The notes below the pieces were generated by a model. That model was given only the letters and a program-made list of their open reading frames with translations, had not been told where the DNA came from and ran no database searches. From the IMG/VR virus record IMGVR_UViG_3300021373_000198, positions 1 through 57,201 of that record: 57,201 bases of DNA; one strand, written 5' to 3'. Source of the DNA: a virus. Its lineage: Duplodnaviria > Caudoviricetes. How positions within the stretch are numbered: the stretch's first letter is position 1; the number at the start of each line of letters is the position of its first letter. The position numbers and the translations under genes are program-made. This document shows, piece by piece, positions 27,381-37,311 of this stretch.

Positions 27381-29109
27381 ATGCCGCTTCCGCAACTGTC
27401 TCTCGGACGACCGAGTAGTTCTTTACTTTCTCACACTGTAGAGTTCTATCAAACTTTCCGTCAAGATTTTCTTTGTGAGAGATCACAAACACATTAGTGT
27501 CATCATCAAAGTTACGAAGGATCCATCCCAATTCACCAGTGCCATTCTGATCTAATGAGCCATCAAAGATCTCATCTAATATGAGGATGTTAGTATCAAC
27601 GCTATTCTTAAGTTTAGCAACAGCACGCCAAGTAAGCAGAAGAGCGATATCGATACGAGCTTTCTCTCCCTCGCTGAAGGATTCGTAAGAGAACGTATCC
27701 CTGTATCTTGACTTGATTGTTTCTTCAAAGTTCTCGTCCAGCGCAAAGTTGACATAGAAGTCCATGTTCTGAAGGTACTGGTTGATGAGTTTGTTCATCA
27801 CGGGAAGATATCTCTTGATGATCCTGGTTTTGATTCCATTATCTTTCAAGAGTTGTGACGCTGCAAGAAGTGTGTCACGTTCTTCTTTGATCTCGGAGAT
27901 CTGTTTCTTCAGTTTCAGGTATTCTTCCTGTAAGTATTTTAACTTCTCGTCTGCTTCTGAAGAATCTGATTTATTATTTCTTAATAATTCAATCTGATCC
28001 ATCAGGTCTTTGACTTGCAACTGAATGCGTGTGATGGTAGAGTTTGCTATTGCAATATCAGAATTAACTTTGTTGATAAGTTTAGATGTTTCGATATATT
28101 TTGATTCTCTTTCTTCCTCAAGTTTAATAGCAATATCCATTTCATCAAAGCCCTTGTTTAGTTCTTTGATGGAGTCCATGATAGTGGTAATTCTAGCATC
28201 CTTCAACTCTTCTGTAATTGACTGACTACAAGTAGGACATGTAGAGTTGTGCATAAAAAACTCATGTTCTTTTTTATGCGTAGAAAACTTTTGTTGAATC
28301 TTCCCCTTTAAAGTGTTTAACTTTTTAAGTTTTGTTGGTGTATAAGAGTTGGTTTCTAAATCTTTAGAATATTTTTCACTTTCTACGTTAAGGTTGTTAA
28401 CAATTTCAATAGTTTTTTCTTCTTCTGCTAACAAAGAAGCAATGGCATTCTGTTTTTCAACAACCGTCTCTTCGTTTTTCTTGCTGATGTGTTCGATGTA
28501 TTGTTTTTGCATCAGAATTTTTTCTTCAGCAAGATTAGATTGATAGTCAATCTGTTTCATCTCATCAGTAGACATCTTCACCTTGTCTTTCAACACGGTG
28601 TTCATTACAGAGAAGATCTGAATGTCAAGAATGTCTTCGATGATGTCCCTACGTTGAGCGATAGGAAGACGCATGAAAGGAACAAAGGTACTACTTCCTA
28701 GTACCACAATCTGGGTAAATGATTTATAGTTCATCTTGAGAATGTTAGTCTCAAGTTGTTTTTGATAATCATTTGTCGTACTTGATTGATCAAGCATCTG
28801 ACCGTTCTGATATATCTCAAAGACACCAGGCTTAATACCACGAACTACTTTAAAGTCGTTCTTTGCAATATTAAACTCGATCTCAACCAGACAATCCTTT
28901 TGATTGATGCTATTCACCAGCATCGGTTTGTTGATCTTACGGAAAGGTTTTCCAAAAAGTGAGAACGTCAGTGCATCTAGAATGGTAGACTTGCCTGCAC
29001 CATTAGCACCAATAATTAAGTTTGTTTTTGAAGCAAGCAAATCAATTTCGGTGAATACGTTTCCAGTGGACAGGAAATTTTTCCAACGAAGTTTTTTAAA
29101 GACAATCAT
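27379..29109 (-). CDS. gp46: Recombination endonuclease ATPase subunit (SbcC/Rad50-like)
   Basis: GANGAGKST, CPTC zinc hook, FSEGE signature, ILDEIFD, VISH. Confidence 0.96.
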   Translation of the reverse strand: MIVFKKLRWKNFLSTGNVFTEIDLLASKTNLIIGANGAGKSTILDALTFSLFGKPFRKINKPMLVNSINQKDCLVEIEFNIAKNDFKVVRGIKPGVFEIYQNGQMLDQSSTTNDYQKQLETNILKMNYKSFTQIVVLGSSTFVPFMRLPIAQRRDIIEDILDIQIFSVMNTVLKDKVKMSTDEMKQIDYQSNLAEEKILMQKQYIEHISKKNEETVVEKQNAIASLLAEEEKTIEIVNNLNVESEKYSKDLETNSYTPTKLKKLNTLKGKIQQKFSTHKKEHEFFMHNSTCPTCSQSITEELKDARITTIMDSIKELNKGFDEMDIAIKLEEERESKYIETSKLINKVNSDIAIANSTITRIQLQVKDLMDQIELLRNNKSDSSEADEKLKYLQEEYLKLKKQISEIKEERDTLLAASQLLKDNGIKTRIIKRYLPVMNKLINQYLQNMDFYVNFALDENFEETIKSRYRDTFSYESFSEGEKARIDIALLLTWRAVAKLKNSVDTNILILDEIFDGSLDQNGTGELGWILRNFDDDTNVFVISHKENLDGKFDRTLQCEKVKNYSVVRETVAEAA

Positions 29110-29384
29110 TCTAGATCAATCGGCGGAATAATAAAATCATCAACGGTTATTATAGCATACCTATGGTTTCTTTGTTCACAGGCTGCAACAATAAGTTCTC
29201 TTTCTATTTCAACTAACTGCAGATTTGGTCCCTCTTCATCTTCTATAAGTTGTATAGCATAGCGTTCCGCATCATCTTGACACTCAAAAATAGGAACTAT
29301 TTTTTCTCCAGTATCCTTATCTATGAGAGAAAACACACCCTCTGGGTGGTCAACAAGTGTCAAGATGTACGTAGCGTCTGTCAT
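29106..29384 (-). CDS. Small hypothetical protein
   Basis: 92 aa between g47 and g46 with ATGA overlaps; IFECQDDAERY motif. Confidence 0.75.
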   Translation of the reverse strand: MTDATYILTLVDHPEGVFSLIDKDTGEKIVPIFECQDDAERYAIQLIEDEEGPNLQLVEIERELIVAACEQRNHRYAIITVDDFIIPPIDLE

Positions 29385-30424
29385 ACCATCTCACAGCTTT
29401 CAATATATAGGTTCCTCATGAGTTTTTTGAGCGAGGTTTTGTCTACGGATATCTCCACCTCATCGATATATTCGTTCAGAAGTGTGAGGGTATCTTTCAC
29501 TTCAATGTCAGCATCATCGGTTTGATCCTCACTCACAAGAGTCTCAACAACTTTGATATCATGTACACCAGCAGCATACAAAGAATCAATCATTGTTTCG
29601 AACCTGTAGTAGTCTCTCTTTTCTTCTACAACTACTTTAACAAAGGTATCTTTGTACTCCGTGTAGTCAAGAACCATGTCTTTATCTACATCATTGTAGT
29701 AGACCTTCTTGAAGATCTCATATGGATTCTTGACTCTAGTCAGTCTATTTGTCTTGGGTTGCCACAGATGAAATCCACGCTCATCCTTGTAATCATTCCA
29801 GAACATTTGGTAAGGATTACCTAGGTATGTGATGTTGCCCTTGCTTGACTTGTGATGGTAGTGACCAGAGAAGACTTGTTTGAAGTCCTTGTAGATAGAA
29901 GGATCATGTCCGTGCTCCATCTTAAGCCCAGGTGTTACTTCGAAACCGTCAAGTTCGAGGTGTCCCATGACAATTTGTGCATCTGTTTGTTGGAGATGTT
30001 CCATCGTCGATGCTTCGTTCTCCCTGTTGATCCAAGGGACAAAACAAACTTTCGTACCCTCAATAGTAACAGTAGTAACCTCATCGTAGACACGAATATT
30101 ATCATAGTCACCTAGCAATAAGTCAGGAGAGTTGATGGAGTTTGTGTTCTTGTAGTACACACAGTGGTTGCCCAAGATTGTATGCACTGTGATGCCCATT
30201 TCATTCAGGCGATCAAAGTAGTGAGTACGAACACGATTCCATACATTAAAGTCAATACCTTTACGGTTGTCAAATGTGTCGCCCAGGTCGATGATCTCTT
30301 TGATACCTTTCTTCTCTAGCGTAGGAAAGAAGACATCATCATAGAACTTTTGGAAGTAATTCCAAAATGCCAGACTACCCTTACGACCGTCTAGATGTTG
30401 ATCAGTAATCAATGCTACAGTCAT
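29381..30424 (-). CDS. gp47: Recombination endonuclease nuclease subunit (SbcD/Mre11-like)
   Basis: ITDQH, LGDTFD, GNH, MGHLE, SGHYH. Confidence 0.95.
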   Translation of the reverse strand: MTVALITDQHLDGRKGSLAFWNYFQKFYDDVFFPTLEKKGIKEIIDLGDTFDNRKGIDFNVWNRVRTHYFDRLNEMGITVHTILGNHCVYYKNTNSINSPDLLLGDYDNIRVYDEVTTVTIEGTKVCFVPWINRENEASTMEHLQQTDAQIVMGHLELDGFEVTPGLKMEHGHDPSIYKDFKQVFSGHYHHKSSKGNITYLGNPYQMFWNDYKDERGFHLWQPKTNRLTRVKNPYEIFKKVYYNDVDKDMVLDYTEYKDTFVKVVVEEKRDYYRFETMIDSLYAAGVHDIKVVETLVSEDQTDDADIEVKDTLTLLNEYIDEVEISVDKTSLKKLMRNLYIESCEMV

Positions 30425-30912
30425 CGGTTCATTCTTGTCTCAATGTTTTCTTTGATGCTACCCATGTCGGCATAAGAAGCATTCATACCAGCCATATCAC
30501 CTTCGTATGTTTCTGTGTACATAACTTCTTGGTGACCAGATCTCTCAAGAATTTTACTCTTAATTTCTAGTTGGCGTTTTTCTTTCTGAATGCGGCGAAG
30601 GAAAGCGTAGTAGATAATTTGTGTGAAGTAGGCAAAAGGATTGGAAGACTTCTCTGGATTAAAGTTGTCAATATACTGTAGGCAGTTTTCAATGCCGTCA
30701 CAGATCATGTCCTCTCGGAACATGTAGTTAACAAAGTTTGGTTTGTAAGACAGGTGTGTAGCAATCTTCAGGAAACATTCACCAATGTAATTTGGTACAA
30801 GCGGTTTTGATTTACCTTTCTTTTTAGCAAGCTCGACCTTACGTTTATATTCCACGATTGCTTCGAGGAACTCTTTGTTATTAACGTAGTATTCGGTCTT
30901 TGCCTTTGCCAT
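30421..30912 (-). CDS. gp55: Late transcription sigma factor
   Basis: YVNNKEF, IGECFLKIA, NFVNY, NPFAYFTQIIYYAFLRRIQKEK. Confidence 0.95.
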   Translation of the reverse strand: MAKAKTEYYVNNKEFLEAIVEYKRKVELAKKKGKSKPLVPNYIGECFLKIATHLSYKPNFVNYMFREDMICDGIENCLQYIDNFNPEKSSNPFAYFTQIIYYAFLRRIQKEKRQLEIKSKILERSGHQEVMYTETYEGDMAGMNASYADMGSIKENIETRMNR

Positions 30913-30934
30913 CTAGTTGCTATTTGCTAACAAC

Positions 30935-30963
30935 AGTATAACTCGATTCTGTAATTCTGTCAA
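30935..30963 (-). promoter_or_regulatory. Sigma70-like promoter for g55-g47-g46
   Basis: TTGACA-17 nt-TATACT. Confidence 0.8.
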
Positions 30964-30967
30964 TAGC

Positions 30968-30996
30968 TTGACAAAAGACCTAAAACCTAATAGAAT
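30968..30996 (+). promoter_or_regulatory. Divergent sigma70-like promoter pointing antisense into the upstream ORF and uvsW
   Basis: TTGACA-17 nt-TAGAAT on the + strand. Confidence 0.55.
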
Positions 30997-31022
30997 AACT
31001 CTGTAAGGGTTCAAGAGACATA

Positions 31023-31418
31023 CTAGCTTTTATTAAATAGAGCTTCTAATTTCTTTTTAGTTTCTTCTACAGAACCAAGGTATCCCATCTCTCTAGAGAT
31101 TTCATTTGTTTTTGATTCTGGTTCATCAGAATTAATATTGTTTACATTCATCAAGTAATATACTTTGACTCTCTCATCTAATTCGGAGATAGTTAGTACC
31201 TTATCCATTTGAATAATAAACATGTCATCATAAGAAGAAGCGATCCATTCTTTTAATGAGAATCCATCGATTTGTTTTCCAGATTTTTTTGATGTCACTC
31301 TGTCAACTAGTAAAGGATTCTCCATTAATAAAGAATCCTCATCTACCATGTAACAGACTTTAGAGATTAATTCTTCTCCAGATGATAGTTTTATCGTTGC
31401 ATAAAATTCGTCTTCCAT
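31023..31418 (-). CDS. Conserved hypothetical protein between uvsW and g55
   Basis: 131 aa, ATIKLSSGEELISKV...MGYLGSVEE. Confidence 0.78.
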   Translation of the reverse strand: MEDEFYATIKLSSGEELISKVCYMVDEDSLLMENPLLVDRVTSKKSGKQIDGFSLKEWIASSYDDMFIIQMDKVLTISELDERVKVYYLMNVNNINSDEPESKTNEISREMGYLGSVEETKKKLEALFNKS

Positions 31419-31420
31419 TA

Positions 31421-32884
31421 TTACCTTAAATCTACTTTTACTGTTTCATACTTAAAATTTTCTTCCTGGTAGATTGCAATCCTTTCGTAAAGGTGTTTAA
31501 GTGTATAGTTTTCTCGACGACCAGAGATGTCGTCTGCAATATCATAGAGAGTAGCGATTTCTTTTCCTTCTCCCTTCCTCAATACACGACCTATGCTCTG
31601 TAGGTTACGCACTCTTGACTTGGAAGGTGATGCGAAGATGATGTTGTGCAGTCTCCTGATATTAATACCAGTGCTGAATGTTCCATAAGAAGCAATGATC
31701 ACTGCATTGTCTTCTTTTTCTGTAATGAGTCTGACAGCTTCACGATCCTCAATGTCAGTGCCGCCGTGTACGAAAAATACTTTTCTTTCATTACCAACAC
31801 TATTATTTATGAGTTCAAAGAGTGGTTCACCGTGCTTCTCCACATAGTTGAATAGCACCAGTGTATTACCACCGATGTCATTAACAAGATTCTTAATTAG
31901 ATTGTTTCTTTTCTGATGAGTTACAATGTATTCCATTTCAGAATGGAAGTCTGCAAAATGCTGATACTCATGTTTACACACCAGAACTTTGATCCTGAAG
32001 TTCGACAGATAACCCTTCTTGATAAGATCGTCAGTCTTTGTGACTTTTTCACAAGCACCAAACAATCCTTCTAGAACCCACTTGTGTGTCTTGCTTCCGT
32101 CAAGCGTTCCAGTAAAACCAAAACGATACTTGGCATTATGAAGCTTCGTCATGATTCCTGTGAGGGACTTCGACTTAAATAAGTGTGCCTCATCTCCGAT
32201 AACACAGTCAATGTCATCAAAGTATCTCTTTGGGAATTTGTAGATGGACTGCCATGTTGAGATAACAACTGGTTTGTCAGTATTCTTATCTTTGCCCGAA
32301 TATATGGTATGACAGTGTTCGTCAGCGGACCATCCATAGTCTTTAAAATCCTTGATCATCTGCTCCACTAGTGAAGTAGTAGGAACTACGAGCAGAATCT
32401 TTTTACCTGTTGCAACATAGTATCTTACGATACTGTAGATCATGAGTGACTTACCAGATCCTGTTGGTGACAGGAACAAACCTCTGTTATTTTTGAGGGC
32501 TTGATAAACTGTGTTGTACTGATAGTCTCTTGGTTTATATTTAGAGATCTTATCCATGAAGACCTTAACACCACCAGGAGATACTAACTGGTTTGGTTCT
32601 TCTACGTCACCATACCAATCATTACTTTCATACTTAATCTGATATCTACGTTCCTTACACCACTCTTTAAGGTGTGGCAGCAGACCATTGTACAGTTCTC
32701 CTGTAGCAGGAGAGTACAAGTGGATCATCCCATCCCAGTATCTAAAGCGTGGTTGTCTTTTTAAAAACTTTGCTTCTGGCAGCTCAAAAGAAAAATAGTC
32801 TGCTAACTCTCTATGTACGTGTGGTTCTGAATTGACTGTTAGATAAACTTCATTCTTCTTCTTGACGACGATGTTAGACATCAC
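31421..32884 (-). CDS. uvsW: SF2 DNA helicase UvsW
   Basis: PRDYQ, SPTGSGKS, GDEAH, GFTGT, FSTGINI, QSIGRVLR. Confidence 0.95.
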   Translation of the reverse strand: MMSNIVVKKKNEVYLTVNSEPHVHRELADYFSFELPEAKFLKRQPRFRYWDGMIHLYSPATGELYNGLLPHLKEWCKERRYQIKYESNDWYGDVEEPNQLVSPGGVKVFMDKISKYKPRDYQYNTVYQALKNNRGLFLSPTGSGKSLMIYSIVRYYVATGKKILLVVPTTSLVEQMIKDFKDYGWSADEHCHTIYSGKDKNTDKPVVISTWQSIYKFPKRYFDDIDCVIGDEAHLFKSKSLTGIMTKLHNAKYRFGFTGTLDGSKTHKWVLEGLFGACEKVTKTDDLIKKGYLSNFRIKVLVCKHEYQHFADFHSEMEYIVTHQKRNNLIKNLVNDIGGNTLVLFNYVEKHGEPLFELINNSVGNERKVFFVHGGTDIEDREAVRLITEKEDNAVIIASYGTFSTGINIRRLHNIIFASPSKSRVRNLQSIGRVLRKGEGKEIATLYDIADDISGRRENYTLKHLYERIAIYQEENFKYETVKVDLR

Positions 32885-33357
32885 GCACTCCCGTTAATAA
32901 ATTTTTCCCATTCAATAGCACTCTTGATAGCAAAACCTCGGTTAGAGATCTGGCGCATTACTTGGTCTAGGTAGTACAACATTTGGTCAATGTATTTGAC
33001 CTTGGCTTCTAGGTTGATAATTTCGTCATCTGATTCCAGATAGACTTTCATCTTTTCTGAAGTCTTGATACTTGCCCCAAACGGTTTTTCGGCGTATACT
33101 CTTGCGTCAGCTTCGCCACCGTAATATTCTCGTTTATCTTTTACAAGTCTGCGAACCTCAAACTCTAAAGAAGTTTTAATTTGTGAGAGGTCTGTGTAAT
33201 GGTTTAAGTATTTATTGTGCTGGAAAGGGATCTCTAATGCGAGCTTTGCGAGATCCTCTGTGTATTCTTTGTTTTTAAATTGGAAATCAATTTGTGTATC
33301 TTGTGCCCACTCTTCCTTAATTTTCTGGAAGCGATTATGTAGTTGATCAAATTTCAT
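32881..33357 (-). CDS. uvsY: Recombination mediator UvsY
   Basis: HNKYL, YYGGEA, ISNRGFAIKSAIEW; position g3-uvsY-uvsW. Confidence 0.88.
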   Translation of the reverse strand: MKFDQLHNRFQKIKEEWAQDTQIDFQFKNKEYTEDLAKLALEIPFQHNKYLNHYTDLSQIKTSLEFEVRRLVKDKREYYGGEADARVYAEKPFGASIKTSEKMKVYLESDDEIINLEAKVKYIDQMLYYLDQVMRQISNRGFAIKSAIEWEKFINGSA

Positions 33358-33869
33358 AGAATCCTGAAGTTCTTATCACGTAAAGTATAGCGTGTATACT
33401 TAAAGGTCACATTAGCAGTAAAGAAATCGATGTCGTTTACACTGGCATCGAATGATAGTTCTGTTAGAGATACTGGAAACAGTCTCTCAAAATCGATAAA
33501 GAAATTAGCGTTGTGATTTGATGTAGAGATTTGTAATTGACCAGCGGAATAACCCTCTCCCTCCACATCTCCATCTCTATCAGCATTTCCGTTATCGCGA
33601 ATCCAATTCCAGATAGAAGAATAATTTACCATGTCTTCATCTACGATAAAACGAAGCTGAAGATCGCCATAAGTTACTCCACCACCAGCAATAATTGGAT
33701 ACTCCCTGAACCTTGTAGGTACTTGAGTAACCTGCGCGGATACATCAGGGAGATTGACTGCTTGGCACAAGAAATCTACAGCAGCAAATCTTTCAAGCTT
33801 CAACTTGAAACCTACTGGTGTTAGGTAGTTTCTATTTACTAACTGTTCCTTATACCAATCGGCAGACAT
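33354..33869 (-). CDS. gp3: Tail completion / tube terminator protein
   Basis: NYLTPVGF, CQAVNLP, FIVDEDM, FPVSL; GCTAAATA late promoter at 33891-33898. Confidence 0.85.
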   Translation of the reverse strand: MSADWYKEQLVNRNYLTPVGFKLKLERFAAVDFLCQAVNLPDVSAQVTQVPTRFREYPIIAGGGVTYGDLQLRFIVDEDMVNYSSIWNWIRDNGNADRDGDVEGEGYSAGQLQISTSNHNANFFIDFERLFPVSLTELSFDASVNDIDFFTANVTFKYTRYTLRDKNFRIL

Positions 33870-33893
33870 GTCAACTTCCCAAGCTACTACTAT

Positions 33894-34556
33894 TTAGCAG
33901 TCGTTGAAAACTTGTCCTACTTGAGATCCTAGTTCTGATCCCGCCTTCTGACCTAACAATAGAGCCCATCCACCTGCTAACCATCCGATGTAAGGAATGC
34001 TAGAGACGGCAGGAACAGCAACACCAGCAGCGATAGCACTACCCGCCATAGCACCTTGTGACCGAGCTCCAGCGTCCGCGATTAAACATTCTACTTGTTT
34101 CGCAGACTTTCCCTCGGAGTTTGTATCACCTCCAAGGTTACGAGTTCCTTCTCTGGTATATTGATCGCGACGATATTCTAATCTTTTTTCCGTACCACCT
34201 CCAAACATTCCTCTCTTCTCTTTGTTGAGGTTAAGAGATCTTTCTGATTCTAAAACTTTAGGATCATCTGAACGATATTCAATCTCATATCCATCTTTTC
34301 CCGCTTTAATTTTGTAAGATGAATAGGGTCCTCTTGGAATATTAATCGTAGGAACTGGTTGCACTTTCTCTTGTGGTCTCAAAACATAACCCAGAAGACC
34401 AATATGCGACAAAGCAAATAAAGTTCCCGCAACAACAGCAACAGTTTTTAATGGAGACCTAGAGGATTTACTAGGATCTACGGTAGTATTAGAATTTTTT
34501 TTCTGTTCCTGTAGTTTTGCTTCTTTTGCTGCTTTCGCTTCTTCTAGGGTTGCCAT
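33894..34556 (-). CDS. Hypothetical membrane protein with C-terminal glycine-zipper-like region
   Basis: N-terminal hydrophobic helix; C-terminal GAMAGSAIAAG...GWLAGGWALLLGQKAGSELG; TCTAAATA at 34583-34590. Confidence 0.75.
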   Translation of the reverse strand: MATLEEAKAAKEAKLQEQKKNSNTTVDPSKSSRSPLKTVAVVAGTLFALSHIGLLGYVLRPQEKVQPVPTINIPRGPYSSYKIKAGKDGYEIEYRSDDPKVLESERSLNLNKEKRGMFGGGTEKRLEYRRDQYTREGTRNLGGDTNSEGKSAKQVECLIADAGARSQGAMAGSAIAAGVAVPAVSSIPYIGWLAGGWALLLGQKAGSELGSQVGQVFNDC

Positions 34557-34591
34557 TATTCTCTATGACGTAGAGCAATAATTATTTAGAC

Positions 34592-34619
34592 AAAAAAAGA
34601 CCCCCCTTTCGGGAGGTCT
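34592..34619 (-). terminator. Rho-independent terminator after g23
   Basis: AGACCTCCC-GAAA-GGGGGGTCT followed by a T run. Confidence 0.85.
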
Positions 34620-34641
34620 GTGGAAAACCTGAAGTGATGGA

Positions 34642-36060
34642 TCACATGAGGTTGATAACTTGTACTCTTCTGTAGTACATGTTTGCATTTGCCGAGAGGG
34701 TTTCGCCATCGGGAGTGCCGTTGTATGCACCGTTGGTGGTGACGAATGGGTTCGATACCATGCCGTAACGAGTCTTGAAGCCAATCTTGGGCTGGAAGGT
34801 GTTAGGATCGATCGAACGAACCATCTGGAGGGGAACATATGGGCAGTAGAATAGACCTGCGTCATATGGTGAAGTACCCTTATAACCGATAACATAGTAG
34901 TGCTTATCGGAAAGGTTAGCAGCATAAGGATCAACATAGACCTTGATGCGACCGTTGATAGTACCGACTGAAAGGTTACCAGTGTCATCAACCTGACCGA
35001 TGGAAGGACCACCAGCACCGTTGAGACCTGAAGAGTAGTCAAGTACACCAGCCATTGCGAGTGCAGAAGCAACGTCAGCTGAACAGATCAGGAAGTTGCC
35101 CTTTCCTCTACGAGTGTCTTGTGCGATAGCGTTAGCGTCACGCTCGATTTGGAAGAGAAGACCTTTGAACTTCTCAACCGACCAACGACCGTTGGAGTCA
35201 ACGTCGAGGTCAAATACGCCAGGGGTTGCTACGTTGTTTTGAGCACCTTTCTTTGCAACGGTGTAGACGGTACGAACGACTTCACGGTTGATTTCTGCTA
35301 GAACTTCGCTGGACAGAATGTTAGCGAGTTCTTGCTCTGCATCAAGACCATGGATCGCCTTGAGGTCTTGTGCGAGTTCTAGGGTGTACTCTGCTTTGAG
35401 TGCTCTGGACTTCGCGGTTACCGAGGTCTTCTCGATGCTGAAGGACATTTCGCGGAACAGTCTGTTCGCTTCGCCCATGCGCTCAAGATCTTCGCGGGGC
35501 ATTCCACGACCTACTTCATATGCGTTAGCAGCAGGTGCTGCATCGTTGAGCAGAGCGGGGTTGTTGCCTTCAGAATCGCCACCAACACCAGCACCAGTTC
35601 TAGGTGTGTAAGCGCCAGCGGTTGCATCGTAAGATGCAGAGAATCCAGTGTCAGGCTCGTTGAAGAGTGCCTCTTCGCCTTGTAGACCTTCGTAGCGTGA
35701 ACGCATTGCGAAGATTAGTCCAGTAGGACCTGACATTGGTTGAACGCCACAAACGTCATATGCCATTAGGTTAGGCATTGCACGACGGACAAGGCTGATT
35801 AGAACGGGATCGAAACCAGCAAGTCCAGTTGCGTTATCTGCGCTGTTGCCGAGAGGTGCGCCAGTACCCAAACTTGCTGAAGTATTGAGTGAGTTGACAG
35901 CAACTTCGTTTAGCATTCCACGCTCTTCGCGTAGAAATCTTTCTTGGTTTTCCAGGAGAACAGAGGTAACAGCCTTCTTATAACGGTCAGTAATTGGCGA
36001 AGCCATTTCGTGACCTAGAACAGGCGACCACTTTTCCTGGAGTCTTTCTGCGTTAAACAT
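34642..36060 (-). CDS. gp23: Major capsid protein
   Basis: GVQPMSGPTGLIFAMR, ELAQDLKAIHGLDAE, FYCPYVPL, QPKIGFKTRYG. Confidence 0.98.
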   Translation of the reverse strand: MFNAERLQEKWSPVLGHEMASPITDRYKKAVTSVLLENQERFLREERGMLNEVAVNSLNTSASLGTGAPLGNSADNATGLAGFDPVLISLVRRAMPNLMAYDVCGVQPMSGPTGLIFAMRSRYEGLQGEEALFNEPDTGFSASYDATAGAYTPRTGAGVGGDSEGNNPALLNDAAPAANAYEVGRGMPREDLERMGEANRLFREMSFSIEKTSVTAKSRALKAEYTLELAQDLKAIHGLDAEQELANILSSEVLAEINREVVRTVYTVAKKGAQNNVATPGVFDLDVDSNGRWSVEKFKGLLFQIERDANAIAQDTRRGKGNFLICSADVASALAMAGVLDYSSGLNGAGGPSIGQVDDTGNLSVGTINGRIKVYVDPYAANLSDKHYYVIGYKGTSPYDAGLFYCPYVPLQMVRSIDPNTFQPKIGFKTRYGMVSNPFVTTNGAYNGTPDGETLSANANMYYRRVQVINLM

Positions 36061-36099
36061 TTGTAACTCCGAGTGTTTTTAGAAAAGGGATTTATATTA

Positions 36100-37260
36100 T
36101 CAGGAATTCCAGCGGTTGATTGCGTTGAGGTAAGCCGCCATTGCTGGGGATACTGCCTCGCCTTCTACTGGGGTTTCATCGGTAACTTCTGCCTTTGGAG
36201 CAGAACCCGAGGGGAAGTATGACTCGCGGAGAGTTTTTAATTTCTCTGCGAACTTCTCTTCTGTCTCAAACTCTACGCCTTCAGCGAGAGAAGCTAGTTT
36301 ATCTTTTTGAGTGTCTGCCAGACCTTCTGAAACAATGTTCAGAACTACAGTTTTTGCAGACTCATCAAGACGACCTTGAAGTTTCACATTTGCTTTGACC
36401 TGTTCGTCAAGGCGTTCCTCCATCTTACGAAGATCTTCAGTCAGACCCTCAACGACATCAACTTTGTCGTCGGGGATATTGATGTAATGCTCTTGGAAGA
36501 GATTCTTGAGTCCAGCAATGAAATCTTCAGTGATCTCATTACGGATGCCGCGATCAACTGCGACTTGGTTCTCTTCTAACCATGCGCTGATAGCATACTT
36601 AACGGTGCCACCAACTTCTTCAGCAAGTTCTGCTTTAACTTCAGATACTTGCTCATTGAGACGAGTTTCAAACTGCTCTTCGAGTTTCTTCCACTCTTCA
36701 GAAAGCTTGGACTTGACTGCTGCCTCAAAAATTGTCGTTGCTTTTTCTTTGAACTCTTCAGAAAGTTCGGTTCCCTCGGTGAGTGCTGCAACGTCTGCAC
36801 TCATGTCAAGTGATTCAAAGGAAGGCTTGATGGGATAAGAAACGTCAGGACCAGTCTTTGTTCCATATGATACGTTTGTGCCAACAGAGGGTTGTGCGTT
36901 CATACCAGTAGACTCACCAGCTCTTTGCTGGGGATCACCACTGACTGGCTTAACAGGAGCAGCTGCTTTAGCGCCAGGATTATCCTCGCCCTCTTCGTTA
37001 CCATCTGGACGTGGACCACCGTTGTCGGTGATCGACTGTTGTGCGCCATAACCGTTTACAGCGTCAGTACCGATAGAACCTTTTCCTTCTGCACTGCCAC
37101 CTTTGGAGTTTACTTCTGTCTTTGATTGACCAGAAGCACTATGCGTACCACCACCAGGAATAACGGATGCGGAAACAGTTGGCATAGGATCGCCAGCTTC
37201 TACAACCAAACCTGATTCGGTTACAAACTCCTCAAATTTTTCCTTTAACATATCTGACAT
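36100..37260 (-). CDS. gp22: Prohead core scaffolding protein
   Basis: LSEEFKEKATTIFEAAV, LKNLFQEHYI, KLASLAEGV; AATAAATA at 37300-37307. Confidence 0.92.
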   Translation of the reverse strand: MSDMLKEKFEEFVTESGLVVEAGDPMPTVSASVIPGGGTHSASGQSKTEVNSKGGSAEGKGSIGTDAVNGYGAQQSITDNGGPRPDGNEEGEDNPGAKAAAPVKPVSGDPQQRAGESTGMNAQPSVGTNVSYGTKTGPDVSYPIKPSFESLDMSADVAALTEGTELSEEFKEKATTIFEAAVKSKLSEEWKKLEEQFETRLNEQVSEVKAELAEEVGGTVKYAISAWLEENQVAVDRGIRNEITEDFIAGLKNLFQEHYINIPDDKVDVVEGLTEDLRKMEERLDEQVKANVKLQGRLDESAKTVVLNIVSEGLADTQKDKLASLAEGVEFETEEKFAEKLKTLRESYFPSGSAPKAEVTDETPVEGEAVSPAMAAYLNAINRWNS

Positions 37261-37311
37261 TTGAGTTTCCCCGTAAATTTCTGATAATTATTCTATGATT
37301 ATTTATTAATA

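Noticed and set aside
34563-35072. 169-aa alternative-frame ORF overlapping the g23 3' end
   Set aside because: Out of frame within the conserved capsid gene and crosses its terminator; no recognisable features.
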